A DNA stretch of 34,101 nucleotides from a virus (Duplodnaviria > Caudoviricetes). This document shows, one piece after another, positions 16,885 to 25,304 of the stretch (positions are counted from its first letter, which is position 1; every line of letters begins with the position of its first letter). Location of the stretch: positions 1-34,101 of the IMG/VR virus record IMGVR_UViG_3300033076_001557, one strand, 5' to 3'. The position numbers and the translations under genes are program-made. The notes beneath the pieces were generated by a model. That model made no database searches, was not told the DNA's origin, and saw only the letters and a list, made by a program, of their open reading frames with translations.

Positions 16885-16972
16885 AAAAAAGGTGTCGCCA
16901 AAAAGGGTTTCACCAAAAAGGGTCTCAAAAAAAGGTGTCACTAAAAAGGGTGTCACTAAAAAGGGTGTTTCC
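16885..16972. repeat. Intergenic direct repeat array, 6 x ~15 bp, consensus AAAAAGGGTGTCACY
   Basis: Units start at 16885, 16900, 16915 (13 bp), 16928, 16943, 16958; inverted partial copy TTTTTGAGACCC at 16846-16857. Confidence 0.9.
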
Positions 16973-17047
16973 TGAGTTGTTTTAGTGTCTCGATCAAGTT
17001 GTCTTTTCAGTGCAGCCCTCACTTTACTGCCGTACAGGCAGCGACGG

Positions 17048-17293
17048 CTACTCAGAGAAGCAAACGAGAGGAATGATAGCGACTTTACAATCGCTAAGTT
17101 CCGTCGTCATCACGAAACCAGAGATTTCGAGATGATGGATAAGAGTCCCGATGTGGTCTCTAGGGCCTAGTTTTTCTTCATAGATGCAGCAATCGCCAGC
17201 ATTTGTGCTAAGACAGATTTCGCGATAGAGATTGTACAAAATAGCCCCTTTGTCCTTGAGAGCTGCTAAGCAGCCCTCGCAATTGTAGTCCAT
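17048..17293 (-). CDS. Hypothetical Cys-containing protein
   Basis: AAGGA RBS before ATG 17293 (MDYNCEGCL), avoiding overlap with the exonuclease gene. Confidence 0.6.
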   Translation of the reverse strand: MDYNCEGCLAALKDKGAILYNLYREICLSTNAGDCCIYEEKLGPRDHIGTLIHHLEISGFVMTTELSDCKVAIIPLVCFSE

Positions 17294-17306
17294 GTGTTCC
17301 TTGGTC

Positions 17307-18125
17307 TTACGATGTTGTGATTCTGCTATAAGTAGTAGGCGCTTTACGATATTGTTCAAGATCAACGCTCTTTAGCACGGGGATTATCGAATAGTCGATA
17401 GTCCCTTTTTTCTGTACTTGTGTGATGCAAACCCCTCCGCCCATAACGTTTTTATCATTAGCGAGCGTCAAGAGTTGTTTTCGAAGGCTTTCTTGACGCT
17501 TTTCTAATGATTCAGCCACGGCAACCCATTCATAATCATTTCTTTGTTGAAAATCGCGATCAAGCATTTCAGGAGCTTCATCTTTTAGCAGCTTTTCATA
17601 GAACTCGCGACACTTTTTGATCATTTTTTCGATGAAGATGTCATCTCGAAGCACGCAAATCGATATGCCTTCGCCTTCAAAATAGCTATAGTAATAAGCC
17701 TCATACACATCGCAAACGAACATTTGAAACTGAAGCTGAGGAAAATAATAATCTGGAACCTGTCCTCTGGCCGCCATTTCATGCACATCTTTTCCAGGAC
17801 ACTTGATTTCGACTATTTTTTGTAAATCGATGTCGTATCCGTCAAGAGAAGCCATTGCCCAATCTTTGCATACGACAGTAGGCTGAACATCAAAACCCGT
17901 TTCGATCATGAATAACTCGCGAGCAACAGGTTCAAGCTCTATACCCCGCTTCATTGCGTCATTTACAAATGAGGAAGGGGATAAGCCTTTTTTCTCTTTG
18001 AAAAGCTGTAATGGCGTTTTCCAAGGGTTTACACGCATAATCACACTAGCGTCGGTCGCCGTGATTTTAGTTTTCCTAAAATCGAGCCATTCCTGAGTTC
18101 CTTGCTTGAGATTAAGAATTTCCAT
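17307..18125 (-). CDS. YqaJ/lambda-exonuclease family recombination nuclease
   Basis: QGTQEWLDFRK..ITATD, NPWKTPLQL, RGIELEPVAR, ASLDG, EIKCP, YYFPQLQFQM. Confidence 0.95.
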   Translation of the reverse strand: MEILNLKQGTQEWLDFRKTKITATDASVIMRVNPWKTPLQLFKEKKGLSPSSFVNDAMKRGIELEPVARELFMIETGFDVQPTVVCKDWAMASLDGYDIDLQKIVEIKCPGKDVHEMAARGQVPDYYFPQLQFQMFVCDVYEAYYYSYFEGEGISICVLRDDIFIEKMIKKCREFYEKLLKDEAPEMLDRDFQQRNDYEWVAVAESLEKRQESLRKQLLTLANDKNVMGGGVCITQVQKKGTIDYSIIPVLKSVDLEQYRKAPTTYSRITTS

Positions 18126-18936
18126 TTTCCTTCTCCTTTTTTTTCTTTTCGTGGCGATCTACCGCAATTTTAATTTTTTCGTACTGATCAAGAGAAACAT
18201 CATTGAGCGATGAGATCTTATGATTGATTGGAAGAAATGAGCCAAAAAACCAATTTTTGTAAATTTCTCCAAGCGCCGTTATTTGAGATTCCAAATTTTT
18301 TATTTGATCAGGCGAAGGAAAATTTTTTACTTCGATTTTGGTCTCCAATTCAATGTGCTCCGGCTCTTCTTTGTTCAAAATGACATCAGCCTGCGTCATT
18401 TCTTCATCACTGTATAAACCGCTCATTTCAGCAGGAAAAGCACGTCGTAAGGCAAGAGCTTCAGCACATTTTGAAATCATTAAGCGAGGCATCTTTTCCC
18501 AAAATTGGCCTAATTTCCATCGATTGGATGCACGATCATAAAAACGTTGAGCGTACTCATCAAAATGAGCTGTAGCGGCCGCAATATGCCATTGACCATC
18601 TGGGCCAAGCTTTTTAACAAATGCAGTTGCTGAAGCAATTTCGCCATTCTCTTTGTAAGAAATGATTGGCTCAGGGCCAGGCATATACTTTTTGGTTCTT
18701 TCAGCGATCAATCGTAAGCCATCAATAGCAGTCTGAATGACCATTTTGCCGCCGCGAATAACAGCATGAATCTGTTTAGCAAATGGGTCTAAACCAGTTT
18801 TCTTGCAAATCATTAAGAAAATCATCAAGTCGTCTTCTGATGCATCTTTGCACAGAGTATTCTTTAAAATATTAATTTGCGTAACAGAAAAACCATGCTG
18901 TTTTTCGTGATCGCCATTCATTAAAGTAAGTGTCAT
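18112..18936 (-). CDS. bet: Bet/RecT-family single-strand annealing protein
   Basis: CKKTGLDPFAKQIH, QTAIDGLRLIAERT, WEKMPRLMISKCAEALALRRAFP..SGLYSDEEM; adjacent to exonuclease. Confidence 0.93.
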   Translation of the reverse strand: MTLTLMNGDHEKQHGFSVTQINILKNTLCKDASEDDLMIFLMICKKTGLDPFAKQIHAVIRGGKMVIQTAIDGLRLIAERTKKYMPGPEPIISYKENGEIASATAFVKKLGPDGQWHIAAATAHFDEYAQRFYDRASNRWKLGQFWEKMPRLMISKCAEALALRRAFPAEMSGLYSDEEMTQADVILNKEEPEHIELETKIEVKNFPSPDQIKNLESQITALGEIYKNWFFGSFLPINHKISSLNDVSLDQYEKIKIAVDRHEKKKKEKENGNS

Positions 18937-19056
18937 TTTTCCTCTTGCGCTTTTTAAAATTTATTCTTAATCTTAGCTCGATATACTCCTATATCTTCCA
19001 GTACTCTGGTAGGGGACATGAAAGTTTTCTTTGGTTCTTCCATGTTCCCTATTTTC

Positions 19057-19242
19057 TCATTGCGATCCACCTTGATACTCCCAAGTTAAGAATTTTTTCA
19101 AATTTTCTACCTCATTAGACAAGCAAAATAAGCTATAGCTCAGACGCTCAAAAGCTTCGTTCCCAGACGCGTTCACTTGTGCTAAATGATCGATAGCTTC
19201 GCCTAATTGCAACATCGCATCGGGCATTTCGTCTATATTCAT
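19057..19242 (-). CDS. Hypothetical protein
   Basis: GGAGG RBS; 61 aa, helical. Confidence 0.65.
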   Translation of the reverse strand: MNIDEMPDAMLQLGEAIDHLAQVNASGNEAFERLSYSLFCLSNEVENLKKFLTWEYQGGSQ

Positions 19243-19307
19243 GTATCCTCCAAATAAGTTCCAAGATATTGAAAATCAATCACTATCAATCTTGTTTGAG
19301 ATAGCGC

Positions 19308-19336
19308 TTGAAAAAATTTGCCAACCAATCTAAGCT
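19308..19336 (+). promoter_or_regulatory. Candidate promoter for the structured RNA
   Basis: TTGAAA-N17-TAAGCT. Confidence 0.5.
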
Positions 19337-19340
19337 GATG

Positions 19341-19542
19341 TTAGATCTATGATCTAAAAACAAAATGGTTGACGTAATAAAAACGCGTCGATAAACCTAC
19401 AGATTTTTAAAATCGCTAAAACGGTTACGTTTGCGATCTTTAGGTCTATACGGTTGGTATATTGCTGCAGTTGCGAGCTGGTAGAGCAATACACGGTTTA
19501 GCGGTTACTCAGTTTCCAAATTCTGAGTAGCCGCTTTTTTTT
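19341..19542 (+). ncRNA. Putative ~200-nt multi-hairpin non-coding RNA
   Basis: Intergenic with no long ORF; five consecutive stem-loops, several with G-U pairs that form only on the + strand; upstream promoter and terminal terminator. Confidence 0.6.
19500..19542 (+). terminator. Rho-independent terminator on the strand opposite to both flanking genes
   Basis: AGCGGTTACTCAG-N10-CTGAGTAGCCGCT then T8 (run includes last stem T). Confidence 0.85.
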
Positions 19543-19551
19543 GTAGCTAAA

Positions 19552-19815
19552 TTAAACACCAGTTGAAAATTCTGATTCGGAATCTTGAAAATTCAAATAA
19601 AAGTTTGATTCAAATGTTTTTCTTTGCTCTTGTTCAGCTTTGTGTTTAGCAAAAAAAAGTTCAATAGCACGATTAAGCACCCATTTTTTTGTTCGGCTTT
19701 CCTCAATGCAAATTCTGTCTAATTGATCGCTATATTCTTTTTTTAATTCAAATCCTGTAAAAATGTTACCTTCAGAAGATTGTTTTTTTTCAAAAATTTT
19801 ATTCGTTCGCGCCAT
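19552..19815 (-). CDS. Ribbon-helix-helix-like regulator, first gene of the early operon
   Basis: FTGFELKKEYSDQLDRICIEESRTKKWVLNRAIELF; AGGAG RBS. Confidence 0.65.
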   Translation of the reverse strand: MARTNKIFEKKQSSEGNIFTGFELKKEYSDQLDRICIEESRTKKWVLNRAIELFFAKHKAEQEQRKTFESNFYLNFQDSESEFSTGV

Positions 19816-19848
19816 AACATACTCCTATTTCATTGGTTTTGTGATTGC

Positions 19849-19905
19849 ATTATGCCACACTGGCTAATTTTATGCAATATAAGTTCATAAAATGATATAA
19901 GTTCA
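19849..19905 (-). promoter_or_regulatory. Early promoter with adjacent direct-repeat operator candidate
   Basis: Minus strand TTGCAT-N17-CATAAT with extended TG; ATATAAGTTCA repeated at 19877 and 19895. Confidence 0.55.
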
Positions 19906-19979
19906 AAAACTTACGTCAATTTTCCTTCACAAAATTTTGCCCATTTATTACCTTGAAAAAAACTTTACATGGGGGAAAA

Positions 19980-20111
19980 ATGGACAAAAAAATCAAAAAA
20001 ATTGAGAAAGCGACCAAAAAACTTGTCAAAGAAGAACATAATCTTTTGGCCGCCGACAAAAAAAGAGACAAAATTTGTGACTACGGGAAAAAAATGCTCA
20101 AAAAGAAGTAG
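19980..20111 (+). CDS. 43-aa Lys-rich protein (not in ORF track)
   Basis: GGGGG RBS; MDKKIKKIEKATKKLVKEEHNLLAADKKRDKICDYGKKMLKKK. Confidence 0.6.
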   Translation: MDKKIKKIEKATKKLVKEEHNLLAADKKRDKICDYGKKMLKKK

Positions 20112-20253
20112 GCTTTTTCCGTTTAGCTACATATTCCATCAATGCAAGATTGACCATTTCGGAAATGGTCATCTTGTATTCCCATCTCATGTCTTTCAAA
20201 ATAGCGTGAATCTTAGGGTCGATTCTTACCGCCGGGTCTAATCGTTTTGTCAT
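20098..20253 (-). CDS. Small ribbon-helix-helix-like DNA-binding protein
   Basis: PAVRIDPKIHAILKDMRWEYKMTISEMVNLALMEYV. Confidence 0.65.
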   Translation of the reverse strand: MTKRLDPAVRIDPKIHAILKDMRWEYKMTISEMVNLALMEYVAKRKKPTSF

Positions 20254-20266
20254 TTTTTTCTTCAGT

Positions 20267-20494
20267 TTAAAAAAGTTGTGATACGTACAAAAATTCTTTG
20301 AGGCCGTCGCCGTCATGTTCGATCAATGCTTCAAGAAACTGGGAAAAAAGCTCTTTGTTGTCTTCTTCCAGATACCCAAAATAATTTTGCAAATCATTTG
20401 CAGAAACAAACGTACTCCACGAAAAATCATAACTTTCAGAAGTACGAATTTCTTCTTGCACACGGGTCACTAAGTCTTTAAACGAACAAGCCAT
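20267..20494 (-). CDS. Hypothetical acidic protein
   Basis: GAGG RBS before ATG 20494 (MACSFKD). Confidence 0.55.
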   Translation of the reverse strand: MACSFKDLVTRVQEEIRTSESYDFSWSTFVSANDLQNYFGYLEEDNKELFSQFLEALIEHDGDGLKEFLYVSQLF

Positions 20495-20647
20495 AAAAAA
20501 CCTCAAATTTCCAAATTTTTGTTTTTTTATCTTAGCCGCTACAACTCTAAAGCACATTGCTATTGAGGAGACCTGCTTCGATATTCACAATATATCAAAT
20601 CACGCAAATGCACACAATACTTTTCTCAAAAATTCTAACTAAAAAAA

Positions 20648-20676
20648 TTGCTATTTACCCATGGTTTTTTTAATGT
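20648..20676 (+). promoter_or_regulatory. Candidate late-operon promoter
   Basis: TTGCTA-N17-TAATGT shortly upstream of a strong AAGGAG RBS. Confidence 0.4.
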
Positions 20677-20695
20677 CAACTAAAAAGGAGTTACG

Positions 20696-20830
20696 ATGCC
20701 ACTTAAAAAAGGTTCTTCCAAAAAAGTCATTAGCGAAAATATTCGAGAAATGATTCATGCAGGGCACCCTCAAAAACAAGCGGTTGCAGCAGCTTTAAGC
20801 AATGCTAGAAAGAAAAAGGGGAAAAAATGA
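20696..20830 (+). CDS. 44-aa basic phage protein (not in ORF track)
   Basis: AAGGAG RBS; [41 protein letters not shown], a widespread small phage family. Confidence 0.85.
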   Translation: MPLKKGSSKKVISENIREMIHAGHPQKQAVAAALSNARKKKGKK

Positions 20831-21012
20831 GCGAGCTAACAGTCATTTTAAAAGATTCTTCGCGTACGTATAGGCAAAAATTTTTGGCTTATGAAAATTA
20901 CTCAGTGCACGAAAGTGACGCCTATATCATTTCTTGCATTGAAGATGCTAAAAGAAATTTTGACGGAGAGCCTGAAAACGTACAAGTAAAAATTCATTTG
21001 GAAATCACATAA
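20827..21012 (+). CDS. Hypothetical protein
   Basis: ATGA-coupled to the previous ORF. Confidence 0.65.
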   Translation: MSELTVILKDSSRTYRQKFLAYENYSVHESDAYIISCIEDAKRNFDGEPENVQVKIHLEIT

Positions 21013-21111
21013 TCAAAAGCAGATATTTAGAATATATAAAATATTTTATTAAAAGGTCAAAAACAATGATCGAAGAAAATGAATAGGAAATGAATATTTT
21101 TAAAAGGAATA

Positions 21112-21537
21112 GTGAAAATGTCATGTCCTCCTAAACCCATAGATTGGGAAAAAGTCGATAACCTTTTAATGGCTGGATGCACCGGCACTGAAATTGCTCC
21201 TCATTTTGACATTCACCCTGATACTTTTTATCGCAGGGTAAATGAAAAATATGGGGTAGGTTTTACGGAGTATTGCTCAATAAAAAGGCAAAAAGGCGAC
21301 TCTCTATTACGCGAAAAACAATTTCAATTAGCGATGAATGGAGATAAAGGTCTGTTGATTTGGCTTGGCAAAAATCGGTTAGGGCAAAAAGAACCCAGCG
21401 ACAACAATAAGAATTTTGATGAAGATAAAGCCTCTATCAATCTTTGCATCGCAGAGTTAGCAGCGGAAAATCAACAATTAAAAAAGATGCTAGATGAAGC
21501 TAAGCAACAAGCAAATTCAATCCATAGCGGAAGCTAA
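21112..21537 (+). CDS. terS: Putative terminase small subunit
   Basis: N-terminal HTH (CTGTEIAPHFDIHPDTFYR), LREKQFQLA..GD..LLIWLGKNRLGQ; overlaps the terL start. Confidence 0.8.
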   Translation: MKMSCPPKPIDWEKVDNLLMAGCTGTEIAPHFDIHPDTFYRRVNEKYGVGFTEYCSIKRQKGDSLLREKQFQLAMNGDKGLLIWLGKNRLGQKEPSDNNKNFDEDKASINLCIAELAAENQQLKKMLDEAKQQANSIHSGS

Positions 21538-22777
21538 CAAAAGAATCAATATTTGGGTAGGCGCCGTGCGTTCTGGCAAAACTTTTGCCAGTATCCTAAA
21601 ATTTATTGATCTTTTGAAAAATGGCCCTGAAGGCGCTGCCATGATCATCGGAGTTAACCGAGAAAGCATTCAAAGAAACGTGCTAATTCAACTGCACGAT
21701 TTTCTAGGCTTTCCTGTTCCTGCTTCAAAATCGACAGAAACGCGTCTATTTGGCCGAAACGTGTATTTTGTAGGTGCACATGATGAATCAAGCGTAAGAC
21801 GAATACAGGGCTCGACGCTTGCATTTGCCTACGTAGATGAAGCCGCCTGTATTCCTGTAGCTTTTTGGCGTATGCTTTTATCAAGACTTAGCATTCCAGG
21901 CGCTCAGCTGCTAGCTTCTTGCAATCCTGAGGGCCCTTCTCATTGGCTTAAAAAGGAATATATAGATAGACAAGGCGATTTAGACCTCATTTCATGGCAA
22001 TTTATTTTAGATGACAACCCAGCTTTGCATGAAAAATACAAAGAAGATCTAAAAAAAGAATATACTGGCATGTGGTTTAAAAGGTATATTTTAGGAGAGT
22101 GGGCGGTTGCGCACGGGCTTATTTACGATAGCTACTGTGACCTAAATGAATATGAGATTACAAATTACAACGCAGATTACAGAATTGTCGGAATAGACTA
22201 CGGCACATCAAATGCTACAGCGGCTGTTATGTGTGCGATTACTCCTAAACGGTGGCCTCAAATTCACGTAGAAAAAGAGTATTATTATGATTCCGCAAAA
22301 TCCGGAAGATCAAAAACTGATGCTGAGCTTGCTGCTGATATTGTGGATTTTATTGGGGGCTCTAGTGTCAACGCTGTTTACGTTGATCCTGCAGCCGCCT
22401 CATTGAAAATAGAGTTGAGAAACAAAAATTTGCCTGTCTTGGATGCGAAAAATGATGTGTTAAATGGAATAAAAGTAACCAGTAAATTCATAGCTGGAAA
22501 AAATATTTGCATTCACAAGTCATGTAGAACACTTATTGAACACATTCAAAGCTATTCTTGGGATCCAAAAGCCGCCGACCGTGGTGAAGATGCACCACTA
22601 AAGAAAAAAGATCACATCTGTGACGCTCTTAGGTACGCATGTTATAGCGCATTTCCTAATGCCGAATTCGATTGTCCCGATGCAAACCTAACAATCGAGC
22701 AACTTAGAAGAAAAATTTACGAAGAAAATGAAGGTTATGGCTATATGAATCCTATGATGGCGTCCAGTTATTTTTGA
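21494..22777 (+). CDS. terL: Terminase large subunit, PBSX-like
   Basis: Walker A GAVRSGKT, Walker B AYVDEAA, CNPEGPSHWLK, nuclease GIDYG, VDPAA, DHICDALRY. Confidence 0.97.
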   Translation: MKLSNKQIQSIAEANKRINIWVGAVRSGKTFASILKFIDLLKNGPEGAAMIIGVNRESIQRNVLIQLHDFLGFPVPASKSTETRLFGRNVYFVGAHDESSVRRIQGSTLAFAYVDEAACIPVAFWRMLLSRLSIPGAQLLASCNPEGPSHWLKKEYIDRQGDLDLISWQFILDDNPALHEKYKEDLKKEYTGMWFKRYILGEWAVAHGLIYDSYCDLNEYEITNYNADYRIVGIDYGTSNATAAVMCAITPKRWPQIHVEKEYYYDSAKSGRSKTDAELAADIVDFIGGSSVNAVYVDPAAASLKIELRNKNLPVLDAKNDVLNGIKVTSKFIAGKNICIHKSCRTLIEHIQSYSWDPKAADRGEDAPLKKKDHICDALRYACYSAFPNAEFDCPDANLTIEQLRRKIYEENEGYGYMNPMMASSYF

Positions 22778-22785
22778 GGTAATAT

Positions 22786-24813
22786 ATGGGAAGCTACGAT
22801 AGAGGCGGTTATAATTTAGGCGTGGGATACGTAGACCCAGCGGATACCTCTTCCAAAAATTTGCAACAGATGAAAGATGATTTTTACCAAAAAAATTATC
22901 CGGGAAACTCAGCTTATTGGTCGCAAGGATTTATTGATAAAAGATTCAAAGTTGGCGATCAATCTTTATATAATTGGTCTGGAAACAATTATAACCAAAA
23001 TTCCTATCGATATTTTTTCAACTTGATCAAACGCCATATCAATATGGTATGCGGATATCAAAGGAAAAACAGAAAATCTACCATTGTTCAACCTCGATTT
23101 GAAGAAATTGATGCACTTGCAGATGATTACAACACGGTAATTCGATGGTGTGAAGATAGGGACGGTTTTCAAGAATACCTAAGCGAAACTTTTGAAGGCT
23201 CATGCGACACTGGAATGACGTTGCTATACATGTATATGGATTATACCTATGATCCAATAAACGGCGATTTAATGACAGACGCTGTAAGTTATAACAATTT
23301 TTTGATAGATCAATATTTTCGCAAACAAGATTTAAGCGATTGTAACGGAATTTGGCGGAGAAGATGGGTTTCAAAAGAAGAAGCTAGTGTATTAATTCCT
23401 CAGCGAAAAGATGTGATTGAAAAATTACGGCCAGGTGGAATAAAAGATGGCCGCTTTCCTGTTCAAGCCGAATTGCAAAACGTTTCTTTAAATAATCTGT
23501 ATGTTTATGATGAATTTCATTATCGCACTACACGCGAAGCAGTAATGATTATTGATCCGTACACAGGAGAATCTGAAGAATGGGAAACAGAAGAAGGTGA
23601 AAATTCTGAAGATGAATTAAATTATATTTTGTCGCAACAGCCTTGGCTTTCAGTCAAAAAAATGCAAGTTCCTACTGTAAAGCTTGTGATTAGTATAGGC
23701 GACAAAATCATATACCACGGAAAAAATTTATTAAACATTGATGAATACCCGTGTGTGCCTTCCATTTGTTATTATGAGCCTGATGTTACTTCCTATGCAT
23801 GGCGATGCATGGGGCTGATAAGAAATAGTAGAGATGCTCAATTTTTATATAACATGAGAAAAATAATTGAGCTAGAAATATTGCAAAGTCAAATAAATTC
23901 AGGTTGGATATTTCCTGTTGACGCAGTAACAGACGTAAAGGCATTGAGGCAATCAGGACAAGGATTTTTAGTCCCATTGAAAGCGGGAAGAAGCCCAGAT
24001 GAAATTAGAAGGATAGATCCTCCTGCCATTCCCCAAACGATGATAGAATTGTCAAATGCATTAGCGGAAGACATAACAAAAATTATAGGCGTAAATGAAG
24101 AGCTTTTAGGAGCAGATACGGACGACAAAGCTGGAATTTTATCAATGCTTAGGCAGAGTGCTGGACTAACGACATTACAAACTATATTTGATCGCCTTGA
24201 CTATGCCCAAAGGCTATACGGTAGAATCAGGATGAAAGCGATTAGAAAAAATTTCTCAAAAGCAAAAATCCAGAATATTTTAGGCAGAGAACCTCATGAG
24301 CATTTCTTTTCCTCCAAAATACTCAAATACGGCTTGGCGGTAGAAGAAGGAAATTACAGCACCACCCAAAGACAAACGGAATTGCAACAGCTGCTGTACT
24401 TCCGAGAGCTTGGAATTCCTATTCCTAATAAATCGATAATGCGAAAAGCCTTCATAAGTGACAAAAAAAGACTTATGGAAGATATGGAAGAAGAATCGCA
24501 ACAGCAAGCCGAACAACAGCAGGCAGAAGCGCAAAAAAACGAGCAGCTTAACAATTCAAAAATGATGGAAAGTTATAGCAAATCAAAACTCTATTTAGCT
24601 CAAGAAAGAGAAAAAATCTCGCAAACTGAAGAAAAATTGGCAAAAATCACTGAAATTCAAGCAACAGCAGAGCATAAAGAGGCTCAAGCCGATTTAGAAT
24701 TATTGCGTACTATGATAGAGCTAGAAGACATGGACCTTGCAAATTTTCGAAAAACATTAGAGATGGCTGAAGCATTGCGGCAGTCAAACCAAAATAACGC
24801 AATGAATTATTAG
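22786..24813 (+). CDS. Portal protein, P22-like with C-terminal coiled-coil barrel
   Basis: Follows terL; FNLIKRHINMVCGYQRKNR, GLIRNSRDAQ..YN, IIGVNEELLG; Q/E-rich helical tail. Confidence 0.9.
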   Translation: MGSYDRGGYNLGVGYVDPADTSSKNLQQMKDDFYQKNYPGNSAYWSQGFIDKRFKVGDQSLYNWSGNNYNQNSYRYFFNLIKRHINMVCGYQRKNRKSTIVQPRFEEIDALADDYNTVIRWCEDRDGFQEYLSETFEGSCDTGMTLLYMYMDYTYDPINGDLMTDAVSYNNFLIDQYFRKQDLSDCNGIWRRRWVSKEEASVLIPQRKDVIEKLRPGGIKDGRFPVQAELQNVSLNNLYVYDEFHYRTTREAVMIIDPYTGESEEWETEEGENSEDELNYILSQQPWLSVKKMQVPTVKLVISIGDKIIYHGKNLLNIDEYPCVPSICYYEPDVTSYAWRCMGLIRNSRDAQFLYNMRKIIELEILQSQINSGWIFPVDAVTDVKALRQSGQGFLVPLKAGRSPDEIRRIDPPAIPQTMIELSNALAEDITKIIGVNEELLGADTDDKAGILSMLRQSAGLTTLQTIFDRLDYAQRLYGRIRMKAIRKNFSKAKIQNILGREPHEHFFSSKILKYGLAVEEGNYSTTQRQTELQQLLYFRELGIPIPNKSIMRKAFISDKKRLMEDMEEESQQQAEQQQAEAQKNEQLNNSKMMESYSKSKLYLAQEREKISQTEEKLAKITEIQATAEHKEAQADLELLRTMIELEDMDLANFRKTLEMAEALRQSNQNNAMNY

Positions 24814-24834
24814 AAAACATGGGGAGACGAGAAA

Positions 24835-25074
24835 ATGAAACACAAAGAACATATGGAACATCACCATAAAGGCGTTCATCATAAAGGGCACCCGCACCAT
24901 AAATATGAAGCCATGGGGCAATTCAATGAAGGGCATTGGAGCAAAGATCAAAAAGATGAAAAAATGACAAATGCAAAATATACCAGTGGCGAAATGTCAA
25001 ATCCTGAGCACTTGAAAAAATCGGTAGACATGCAGACTGAATATTTAAACAAGCACCGGATGAAGTACCCTTAA
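24835..25074 (+). CDS. Small His-rich protein
   Basis: GGAG RBS; MKHKEHMEHHHKGVHHKGHPHHK. Confidence 0.7.
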   Translation: MKHKEHMEHHHKGVHHKGHPHHKYEAMGQFNEGHWSKDQKDEKMTNAKYTSGEMSNPEHLKKSVDMQTEYLNKHRMKYP

Positions 25075-25079
25075 CTCTA

Positions 25080-25099
25080 TGTGCCGCTAATGCGGCACA
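25080..25099. terminator. Hairpin, possible minus-strand terminator or processing site
   Basis: TGTGCCGC-TAAT-GCGGCACA between two late genes; flanking runs do not give a clean U-tract. Confidence 0.45.
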
Positions 25100-25115
25100 A
25101 AACAAAGGAAAAAAC

Positions 25116-25304
25116 ATGAAAAATGCAAAAAAAATACCGAATAGCCACATAAATCAAAAAAAAGGCGTGCCATCCGATGAGCATTGGCAAATTTTGCTAA
25201 AAAGACCAGATATAGACGGAAACGATCCTGCTTCAGCTTTTTTACCAAGACCAGCAAAAAATAGGGCAACTCCCCATGCCAAAATCAATGATTGCGATTA
25301 CTGA
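25116..25304 (+). CDS. Hypothetical protein
   Basis: AAGGA RBS; 62 aa. Confidence 0.6.
   Translation: MKNAKKIPNSHINQKKGVPSDEHWQILLKRPDIDGNDPASAFLPRPAKNRATPHAKINDCDY

Noticed and set aside
16885-16972. CRISPR or mini-CRISPR array
   Set aside because: Repeats are 15 bp, contiguous, with no unique spacers; no cas genes
19341-19542. tRNA or tmRNA
   Set aside because: No cloverleaf, TTCGAA T-loop or CCA acceptor end visible; kept as unknown ncRNA
19969-20241. 90-aa + strand ORF from the track
   Set aside because: No good RBS and heavy overlap with the RHH-like gene; the 19980-20111 frame has an RBS and fits better
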